A program made the translations under genes and the position numbers. This document shows, in pieces, positions 1 to 6,615 of a stretch of 12,273 bases of DNA. Each line of letters begins with the position of its first letter. Position 1 is the stretch's first letter. The notes under the pieces were generated by a model that was not told where the DNA came from, ran no database searches, and saw only the letters and a list, made by a program, of their open reading frames with translations. Origin of the DNA: Candidatus Eiseniibacteriota bacterium (lineage in GTDB: Bacteria > Eisenbacteria > RBG-16-71-46); NCBI GenBank assembly GCA_031364845.1, contig JANLWX010000015.1, positions 1 to 12,273 on the forward strand, in the 5' to 3' direction.

Positions 1-1
1 C

Positions 2-178
2 GCCCGTGACCGCGTTCACCGTCACGGGGAAACTCTCGCCCGCTCCGTAGCTCGCGTCTTCCAGCAGCAACCGCACCGCCGCCGACACGCCCACCGTGTT
101 CAGCCGCGTGATCGCAGCACTCAGCGTGTTGAACGGTGCCGAGCGCAACGCGCCCACCGGATAGTCCCCAGCCAGCGG
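2..178 (-). other. Start of a second parallel beta-helix module within gene B (truncated)
   Basis: PLAGDYPVGALRSAPFNTLSAAITRLNTVGVSAAVRLLLEDASYGAGESFPV resembles the opening of the first module at ~2101 (GGTYPVGPGGYYTSLSEAVADLNHKGQSGPVTLSLIDA...VFPI). Confidence 0.65.
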
Positions 179-3100
179 TCCCGCCACTTCGATCGTCCCC
201 GTCACCAGGTCGTTCGCGGCATTGACGTCGCCGGCCAGCTCGGAGAGTGCTTCGATCGTGTAGAACCCGCCGGCCACGATCGAGGTCGAGGGGAATGTCA
301 CGTTGACCGTGGCACCGGCCGACATCGAAGCGATAGTCGAAGCCTGGTTGTAGACGATGGTCATCGCCGGCTGCGGACCGCGGATGCGGTAGCGCACCGG
401 AACGTTGGTCTCGGTCATCGCGCCCTGGTTCTCGAACGACGCCTGCGGCGTGAACGAAACGCCCGAGAGCTTGAGACTGCCGGGCACCGGGCTCAGCAGC
501 GTTACCGCGGCCACGTCGTGGGATCCCGGCGCGATGAACGTGCCTTCGTCGGCACCGATGTCCGGAGTCGCCAGTCGCGCATTGCCGTCCACGTCGTCGT
601 TCACCCACGACAGCGCCCCGCCGAAGAACGATCCGGCGCTCTCGACCGGCGACGGGGTCAGAGGACTGATGTGGAGGTTAGTGGTGGACACAAACTGCGG
701 ATTGCCGGTCGCGCTCGCCGCGTCGCTGCCCGCCACGCCCTGCCAGTCCGCGAGCGTCGCCTTGTCGACGGTGGCCGCGGAACCGATGAAGCCGTTCACA
801 GGATTGTTGATGTGCAGGACGTTGTTGTTCGAGATCGAGCCCGCGGGCCCGATCGACCCGGCGGTCGGCGTGACCCAGGCGTGGTGCTTGGCGCCGCCCG
901 ACTGTGAACCGCTGAAGTTGGCGAAGATGTTGTTGCGCACCTTGATCGCAGGACCCGTCGTGGTGCCGAGCTCGAAGCATGCGTTCGAGCACGCGAGATT
1001 CGCGGGCGCCAGGCGCACGGTGTTGAAGTCGATATTGTGGACCGCGCCCAAGCCGAGCCCGGTCTCCTGAATCGTGATGCCGACGATGCGTCGCGACGAG
1101 GCGGCGAGGCTGCTCGACTGAAGGTCGTGGATCACATTGTTGTAGATCCGCGACTCGCTGCTCGCATTCGTCGTCAGCAGCGCCCGGATGCCGGTCACTT
1201 TGCCCGCGCTGGTGCTGGTGTTGTTGAGCGCGAACACGGTGTTGGCGAAGATCCGGCAGGTGCCGCTGCTCGCGGAGAACGCCCCCTGGTTCTCGAGCAG
1301 GATGCCATCGACCGCGCTGGTTCCGGTGCCGGTGATGTTGCGCACCACCGAGCTGCTGATGTCGACGTTCGTCTGGTTCAGCGCGCGGATGCCGAAGGTC
1401 TGGGAGGTGCCGTTGCCGATGTCGTTCAAGACGTCGCCGCCGATGATGGTCGCCACGCCGCCCACTCCGCCAACCTCACAGTTGGTGTCGAACAATCCGG
1501 AGTTGCCGGCGAGCGAGATGCCGGCATACGAATTGGAAACACTCATCGCCAGATAGCGGTTGAACGAGTTCGCTCCGTCCACCGAAAGCGGGGTGACCGA
1601 AACGATCTGCTGCACTCCGGTCGACGAAGTGTTCGCCCGGTTGAGCGAGACGCCGATGCTCCTGAAGGTGTTGTGCTGGGCGCCGTCGGTGCGCGAGGCG
1701 GGGATCAACAGCAATCCGCGATCGACCTGGCCGCCGCCGGTCAGATCGACGTTCTCGAGCTGCACGTAGTCGGCTCCGACCAGTCCCAGGAGCGGTTCGT
1801 TGGTGTTCGTGATCGCCGTGGCCGAAACGCCGCTGCCGCAGTTGCCCGCGTCCGAACCTCGGTGAAAGAGACTCGACCGGCCCGAGGGCGGCTTGATCAG
1901 GATCGTGTTCGACGCGGAATTGCCGGCCACCGGGCCGAGCAGGATCGGGAACACGTTGCTGCCGTGCGCCGAAGTCGAGTCATTGACCGCATCGATCAGA
2001 CTCAGCGTCACCGGGCCCGATTGACCCTTGTGATTGAGGTCCGCGACGGCTTCCGAGAGCGACGTGTAGTAGCCGCCAGGTCCGACGGGATAGGTGCCGC
2101 CTGGAACCGTTCCCGGAACCTGGGGCTTGAAGCGCATGAAGATCGACGGCCACTTGTTCGTGGACATCATGCCGTTGCTGGTCGAGCGCGAGCCCGTCAC
2201 GGCGTCGAGGAAGCTGCCGCCCACCGTATCCTCGAGGCCGATCGAGGCGGACTCGAGCGAACTGTGGCCCGCCCCGGTCACGCCGCCGTAGCGGAACTCG
2301 ATCTCGTTCGACGTCTCGTTCAGCACCAGCTGGAAGTTGATCAGCCGGGGCTGGCCGCCGGTGACGTTCGTGTAGGACGAGACGTTGGTCCACTGAACGG
2401 TCAGCTTGCGGCTGCCGGCCGCACCCTGCGTCTGATACAGCACGCGCCCGGCGGGATTGATGCCGACCGCTCCCACGCTCAGATCGTCGTACCACGGCGC
2501 CATCGTGCCGTTCGGAGCGGAGTTGCCGTAGAGGTTCGCGTTCGCTCCGAGCGAGGTCGACGAAGCCGCCACGCTCGAGCGCGACAGGTAGGCGAACCCG
2601 TTGGCATTGATCGCGAGGAAGTTGGAAGTCGTGAATGGAATGCCGGAGAACACGAAATTGAACGGCAGCGGGATCGTGCGCGTCGAATCGTCGGCGGCGA
2701 CCAGAATGGTGCCGGCTCCGCCTCCGGCCGAGATCGGCGTGTAGGCGGCCGCGAACGGGGCGCGTTCGTAACCCAGTGACAGTCGCGTGAACGTGGCGGT
2801 CAGCGACTTGTTGCTGTCCATCCCGATTGTGATCGGATTGGACGGGGAGGTGACACTGCCCGTCCATCCCGTGAATTGATATCCGAGATCGGCGGTCGCG
2901 GTGATCGAGACCGTCGTGCCGTGCGTGTACGACGGCTGGTTCGGGCTCGCCACGACCGAGCCGTTGCCGACGGTGGCGATCGACAGCGTGTAGGAATTGA
3001 TCACGAACGAGACGCTGATCGTGTGATTCGTGGTCGCGTTGCTGAACGTGTAACTCGAGACCGGGCCAACCGAGACTCCGTCCACCAGCACGTCCTGCAC

Positions 3101-6100
3101 GTGGTAGCTCGAATTGGGGCCCATGTTGAAGACCGGGCTGGTGCCGTGCATCACGGCCACCGGACCCGAAGGCGAAATGCTGCCGTTTGCTCCCGAGGTC
3201 GCGGTGATGGTCACCGTCTTCGCTTCCGCGACCGCGAAGTCGCTGAATGCGGTGAGCCCGAGCGCCTCGGCGCTGGTCGCCGACATCGTGCCCGGATTGG
3301 CGTACGCCCAGTTCGGGGCGTTGTACTTCTGCACCGAGAAATTCGCGGGCGTCGCCCCCGCGTCGACGTCGGCGCCGGCGAAATTGACCGTGACGTCATA
3401 GGTCGACAACACGACACCGGCGTTCGCGATCCCCCACCACCGGTTCACCGACTTGGTGGCGTCGAGGTTCGAGGTCGCGAGGTTCGGATGATCGCCGGCG
3501 GTGGTCGAGGCGGTGAGTGTCCCACCCACCGTGACCCCGGCCAGCACCAGGCTCACGGGAGCGTAGGTCGTGCCCGAACCGATCTCGAAGCTGACGGTCG
3601 TGGCTCCGGCGGAAACCGACTTGCGGAAATTGCCCGCGACAAAACCGTTGGTGCGCGTCACGGTGCCGGCGGCGGCGAGGACCAGCGTCTGGCTGCCGGT
3701 GACGATCGCGCCGTTCGTGAGTGTGAGCGATGACACGGTGAGCGGCGTGCCGAGCGTCACGGTGCCCGTGCTCGTGCGATTGAGGCTCAGGGACTGCAGC
3801 GTTTCGAACCCGCTCGTGAAGCGCAGCGTTCCGAACGCGCCGGTGCCGCTCAGCGCGAGTGACGAAGTGGCGCTGCCTTTGAACGCGCCGTTCGCGTTGG
3901 TCCCGCCGAGCGTCGTACCGAGCGTGAGCAGGCGGCCGTTCAGATCGATGACGTCGGTCGTGCCGTTGAATTGGAGCGAGGGTCCGGCGACCGGCGCATC
4001 GGCGAGCACGTTGCCGAGCAGCTGGAGTGAACCTCCGCTCTTCGCGAGCCGGAGAAAGTCGACGTCGAGCGTGCCCGAGGATCTCGAAACCGTCTGCGTG
4101 GCCGGTCCCTCGAAGATTACCGCGCGCGTGTTCGGCGTGTAAGTACCGCTGACCGCGAGATTGCCTTGCAGCCGCAGGTCACCGCCCGACGCCGTCGAGA
4201 GCGCGAGCGTTCCCGCGACATCGACGTTGCCGAGCACAAGCAGCGTGGCGGTCATCGCACCCATGCTGAACGACGAGCCGCCGTCGATCGTGAGGCTGCC
4301 CGCCATCTGACGCGCAGTCGCGGCACCCCCGCTCGAAAGGTCGAATGATGTGTTGTTCGAGAGCCGCACCCCGGCCGGGTAGCCGGCACCCGTGGTGGCG
4401 CTCCACTCGACTCCGCGATTCACCGATCCGCCGCTGTTGTAGCGCAGCAGCGAGCCCGACCCGTACGCGGGCGCGTTCGTGAGGACCGATCCTCCCGCAT
4501 CGAGCCGCAGGGTGCCGTTGATCGTGGAGAGACCGGCGCCGAAGTCGGTCGCCGCGCCGAGCGCGACCGTGACGCCGCTCCCGAAGCTCAATGTCTTGCC
4601 GCCCGCGCTCGTGACGGTCTTCGCACCGGTGATCGAGAGCGTGCCGGTGCCGATGATGCTGCGGTTGCCCGCGGCGGCACCGCCGGCGAGCACGTTACCC
4701 CCGGCGCCCGACAGGGTCAGCGTGTTGGCACCGAGATCGAGGTTGCCGGCATTGAGAATGGCGAGCACATCGCCAGTGGCACTCGTGAGCGTGAGGTTGG
4801 TGGCCGGGCTCGAACCCAGCACCAGATCGCCCGAGGCCTTGTTCACCTGCAGCGCGAACAGCGTCTCACCGCCCGAGCGCGTCATGGTCTGCGTCGCGGT
4901 GCCGTTCATGACGACCGTGCGGCCCGACGGCGTGAACGAGCCATTGTTGGTCCAATTGCCTCCGACCGAGAGCGTTCCCCCGCCCGCGTTCATGGCGAGC
5001 GTGCCCGTCGAGATCGTGAGGTCGCCGGGTACCGTGCGATCGGTAGTCGGCATCGTGACCGTTCCCGCGGCCGCAACCGTCACGTTGCGCGGCACTCCGA
5101 CGCCGACGGCGGTTCCCGTCCCCCACTCGGCGCCGACCGAGACGGGCGCGGCGTAGGTGAGCAGGGAGCTGCTGCCATAGGTCGGGGCCGGAGTGATGGT
5201 GCCGGCCGCGTTGCGGGTGAGCCCGCCGTTTACGGTGAGGGATCCCGCCGAGAAGGTGACCGCGCGGCTCAGTGCGAGCGTGGTGCCGACGGGAACGGTG
5301 GCGTTGCTTCCGAACGTGATCGTTCCGGATCCGCCGCCGCCGCCCACGGTGCGCGTGCCGCTGCCCGAGAAGGTGATGCCGCCGCTGCCGGCCGTGATCG
5401 CGATGTTGCCGGTGCCGGCGCTCTGGATGTCGCCGGTCACCGTCACAGCCGCCGTACTGCTGCCGGTGTGCGTGAAGGACGATCCCGATTCGACGTTCAG
5501 AGTTTCGAACTGAAAGTTGCCGGTGCCCGAGCCCGAGAGCGCGATGTTGTTCTGCGCCGTGAGATTCGCGTAGGTGCGGCCGCTCGATTGAAATCCGGTG
5601 GCGATGCGGAAGATCGCGGTGCTTCCGGGCTGGAATACGACGCGCGAGCTGGGAGCGGTGAGGCCGAATGGATCCGACCCCGCGTTGTGGCGATAGATCG
5701 ACCCGCTCGCGAACACGACGGCGTTGGCGGTGCCGGCGTTCGAGAACACGTTGCCGGTGAAGGCGGTGTTGGTGGTGAGTGACCCGCCGTTCTGAAACGT
5801 GAGCTGCCCGGCATTGGTCACCAGCAACCGGTGAGCGTCTCCACCGAGGGCGATCGCGCCGGCGACGCTGCTGGTCGCGGTGCCCGACAGCGTGATCGTC
5901 AGCAGGCGATTGTCGATGAACGACAGCGCGGTACCGGCCTGCATCTCGAAAGCGGGCGAGGTAGCGCTGTTGATGGTGATGATCCGGCCGTCACCCGCCG
6001 CGAGGAACGTGGTCTGCGCGTTGTTGATGATGCGCAGGCGTCCGATCGTCTGGGTCGGAATGTCCGTGATCGTCGGGGCCGGCGTGGTGGTGCCGTCGAT

Positions 6101-6298
6101 GACGAGGATGTCGTTGGTCGCGGGAGTCGTGCGCGTCGGAGTCCAGTTGGCCGCCGTGGTCCATTTTTCGGACGCGGGTTTGTTCCAAGTGTAGGTAGCC
6201 TGCGCATGGACCACCGCGGGCATCAACGAGGCCAGCACCGCGACCACAAGAGCGGCCGCGAACCGTCCCGGATGTGATCGTGAGATACGTACGTTCAC
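2..6298 (-). CDS. Giant secreted multidomain surface protein / putative adhesin (>=2099 aa, 3' end runs off the window)
   Basis: Manual translation from GTG at 6298-6296 gives MNVRISRSHPGRFAAALVVAVLASLMPAVVHAQATYTWNKPASEKWTTAANWTPTRTTPATNDILVIDG... The same frame stays open and protein-like down to base 2 (...LLLEDASYGAGESFPVTVNAVTG). An SD (AAGGGAG) lies 5 nt upstream. The + strand ORFs at 518, 1037, 2876, 4166, 5468 and 5831 sit in its exact antisense register. It is absent from the track because there is no stop in the window. Confidence 0.93.
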   Translation of the reverse strand, partial: MNVRISRSHPGRFAAALVVAVLASLMPAVVHAQATYTWNKPASEKWTTAANWTPTRTTPATNDILVIDGTTTPAPTITDIPTQTIGRLRIINNAQTTFLAAGDGRIITINSATSPAFEMQAGTALSFIDNRLLTITLSGTATSSVAGAIALGGDAHRLLVTNAGQLTFQNGGSLTTNTAFTGNVFSNAGTANAVVFASGSIYRHNAGSDPFGLTAPSSRVVFQPGSTAIFRIATGFQSSGRTYANLTAQNNIALSGSGTGNFQFETLNVESGSSFTHTGSSTAAVTVTGDIQSAGTGNIAITAGSGGITFSGSGTRTVGGGGGSGTITFGSNATVPVGTTLALSRAVTFSAGSLTVNGGLTRNAAGTITPAPTYGSSSLLTYAAPVSVGAEWGTGTAVGVGVPRNVTVAAAGTVTMPTTDRTVPGDLTISTGTLAMNAGGGTLSVGGNWTNNGSFTPSGRTVVMNGTATQTMTRSGGETLFALQVNKASGDLVLGSSPATNLTLTSATGDVLAILNAGNLDLGANTLTLSGAGGNVLAGGAAAGNRSIIGTGTLSITGAKTVTSAGGKTLSFGSGVTVALGAATDFGAGLSTINGTLRLDAGGSVLTNAPAYGSGSLLRYNSGGSVNRGVEWSATTGAGYPAGVRLSNNTSFDLSSGGAATARQMAGSLTIDGGSSFSMGAMTATLLVLGNVDVAGTLALSTASGGDLRLQGNLAVSGTYTPNTRAVIFEGPATQTVSRSSGTLDVDFLRLAKSGGSLQLLGNVLADAPVAGPSLQFNGTTDVIDLNGRLLTLGTTLGGTNANGAFKGSATSSLALSGTGAFGTLRFTSGFETLQSLSLNRTSTGTVTLGTPLTVSSLTLTNGAIVTGSQTLVLAAAGTVTRTNGFVAGNFRKSVSAGATTVSFEIGSGTTYAPVSLVLAGVTVGGTLTASTTAGDHPNLATSNLDATKSVNRWWGIANAGVVLSTYDVTVNFAGADVDAGATPANFSVQKYNAPNWAYANPGTMSATSAEALGLTAFSDFAVAEAKTVTITATSGANGSISPSGPVAVMHGTSPVFNMGPNSSYHVQDVLVDGVSVGPVSSYTFSNATTNHTISVSFVINSYTLSIATVGNGSVVASPNQPSYTHGTTVSITATADLGYQFTGWTGSVTSPSNPITIGMDSNKSLTATFTRLSLGYERAPFAAAYTPISAGGGAGTILVAADDSTRTIPLPFNFVFSGIPFTTSNFLAINANGFAYLSRSSVAASSTSLGANANLYGNSAPNGTMAPWYDDLSVGAVGINPAGRVLYQTQGAAGSRKLTVQWTNVSSYTNVTGGQPRLINFQLVLNETSNEIEFRYGGVTGAGHSSLESASIGLEDTVGGSFLDAVTGSRSTSNGMMSTNKWPSIFMRFKPQVPGTVPGGTYPVGPGGYYTSLSEAVADLNHKGQSGPVTLSLIDAVNDSTSAHGSNVFPILLGPVAGNSASNTILIKPPSGRSSLFHRGSDAGNCGSGVSATAITNTNEPLLGLVGADYVQLENVDLTGGGQVDRGLLLIPASRTDGAQHNTFRSIGVSLNRANTSSTGVQQIVSVTPLSVDGANSFNRYLAMSVSNSYAGISLAGNSGLFDTNCEVGGVGGVATIIGGDVLNDIGNGTSQTFGIRALNQTNVDISSSVVRNITGTGTSAVDGILLENQGAFSASSGTCRIFANTVFALNNTSTSAGKVTGIRALLTTNASSESRIYNNVIHDLQSSSLAASSRRIVGITIQETGLGLGAVHNIDFNTVRLAPANLACSNACFELGTTTGPAIKVRNNIFANFSGSQSGGAKHHAWVTPTAGSIGPAGSISNNNVLHINNPVNGFIGSAATVDKATLADWQGVAGSDAASATGNPQFVSTTNLHISPLTPSPVESAGSFFGGALSWVNDDVDGNARLATPDIGADEGTFIAPGSHDVAAVTLLSPVPGSLKLSGVSFTPQASFENQGAMTETNVPVRYRIRGPQPAMTIVYNQASTIASMSAGATVNVTFPSTSIVAGGFYTIEALSELAGDVNAANDLVTGTIEVAGPLAGDYPVGALRSAPFNTLSAAITRLNTVGVSAAVRLLLEDASYGAGESFPVTVNAVTG
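182..520 (-). other. CARDB-like Ig-fold domain within gene B
   Basis: HDVAAVTLLSP...FENQGAMTETNVPVRYRI...GATVNVTF...GFYTIEALSELAGDVNAANDLVT matches the D-V-x-V...N-x-G...D-x-N-x-x-N-D pattern typical of CARDB-like domains (recognised by eye). Confidence 0.6.
542..2101 (-). other. Right-handed parallel beta-helix (pectin-lyase-like fold) module ending in a choice-of-anchor-Q-like tail
   Basis: Opens with the capping motif GTYPVGPGGYYTSLSEAVADL and has Asn-rich rungs (IFANTV, IYNNVI, IDFNTV, VRNNIF, SNNNVL) and GI motifs (YAGISL, FGIRA, DGILL, TGIRA). It closes with NPQFVSTTNLHI...DDVDGNARLATPDIGADE (motif at 545-598). Confidence 0.72.
2110..2770 (-). other. NIDO/nidogen-like domain within gene B
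   Basis: DDSTRTIPLPFNFVFSG...INANGF...MAPWYDDL (2480-2500)...TVQWTNV...INFQLVLNETSNEIEFRYG...SASIGLE follows the LPFxFxF / NG / APxWxDL / QW / FQxxL / IxFxY pattern of bacterial NIDO-like domains. Confidence 0.6.
2789..3220 (-). repeat. Two 72-aa InlB B-repeat-like domains inside gene B
   Basis: 3005-3220: KTVTITATSGANGSISPSG...YHVQDVLVDGVSVGPVSSYTFSNATTNHTISVSF (divergent type). 2789-3004: VINSYTLSIATVGNGSVVASPNQPSYTHGTTVSITATADLGYQFTGWTGSVTSPSNPITIGMDSNKSLTATF, which has the same consensus as the gene A repeats. Confidence 0.85.
3661..6196 (-). other. G/T/S/A-rich beta-solenoid-like (adhesin passenger-like) N-terminal region of gene B
   Basis: Begins TYTWN...WTTAANW and continues with repeated amphipathic strands (GSLTVNG, GDLTISTGTL, LSVGGNWTNNGSF, LDLGANTLTL, IDLNGRLLTL, LTLTNGAIVTG). 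The fold is inferred from the alternating hydrophobic pattern only. Confidence 0.55.
6197..6298 (-). other. Sec/SPI signal peptide of gene B
   Basis: Basic n-region (R4, R7, R12), hydrophobic core FAAALVVAVLASLM, a Pro turn, then VHA|Q or AQA|T as the cleavage site. No lipobox Cys. Confidence 0.85.
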
Positions 6299-6303
6299 GG
6301 TCG

Positions 6304-6310
6304 CTCCCTT
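6304..6310 (-). promoter_or_regulatory. Shine-Dalgarno sequence of gene B
   Basis: Minus strand reads AAGGGAG-CGACC-GTG, a 5-nt spacer to the start codon. Confidence 0.8.
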
Positions 6311-6344
6311 GGGGATCCGTGTAGATCGTGGGTGCCTCACGGCG

Positions 6345-6573
6345 GAACCCGCCGGGGCATGAATCCTCGAGTATCTCGAAACCGCAGCGGAAGGGGATTC
6401 GTGGCGGTCGAGAGGGCTGTCTGTGCGTGGCTCGGCTACGGGCCGATGTTCATCAATGCGGATTTCGTGCCGGAAATCTTCGCAAGTCTATGGGGCGGCA
6501 TCGTTCGGTTCAAGGCAAATCGGGGCACCCGAGCCGGTTAGGTGCTTCCGGGGGCCGCCGAACCCGCCGGGGC
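6345..6573. repeat. Exact 14-bp direct repeat GAACCCGCCGGGGC at 6345-6358 and 6560-6573
   Basis: Read directly from the sequence. Each copy overlaps a GC-rich hairpin. Confidence 0.75.
6485..6513 (-). promoter_or_regulatory. Putative sigma70-type promoter for gene B
   Basis: Minus strand: TTGAAC (6513-6508), 17-nt spacer, TAGACT (6490-6485). The -10 keeps the key T-A-x-x-x-T bases and the -35 keeps TTGA. Predicted transcription start near 6478. Confidence 0.6.
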
Positions 6574-6583
6574 GTCCCGGCGG
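6564..6583 (-). terminator. GC-rich hairpin 32 nt after the gene A stop; possible weak terminator or mRNA-stabilising stem
   Basis: CCGCCGGG-ACGC-CCCGGCGG (8-bp all-GC stem, 4-nt loop). It is followed only by GTT, so there is no proper U-tract. Confidence 0.4.
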
Positions 6584-6615
6584 TATCGCAACCTGCCCGA
6601 TCCGCTCCTCAGAGG

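Noticed and set aside
977..991. CSNAC as a possible metal- or heme-binding motif in gene B
   Set aside because: It is CxxxC without the His of a CxxCH motif and lies within predicted beta-helix rungs. There is no further support for a cofactor site.
405..6277. Numerous + strand ORFs (e.g. 1037-2779 580 aa, 2876-3733, 405-1070, 4479-5156) and short - strand ORFs (e.g. 1980-2867)
   Set aside because: All overlap gene B. They are antisense or off-frame shadows expected from high-GC codon bias, with R/A/G- or P/V/S-rich compositions and no recognisable motifs.
6512..6545. GGCAAA followed by a small stem (TCGGG-GCA-CCCGA) on the + strand, faintly like the start of a c-di-GMP-I riboswitch
   Set aside because: It is on the wrong strand for the flanking genes and lacks the GNRA loop and downstream GCAAAG / P2 elements.
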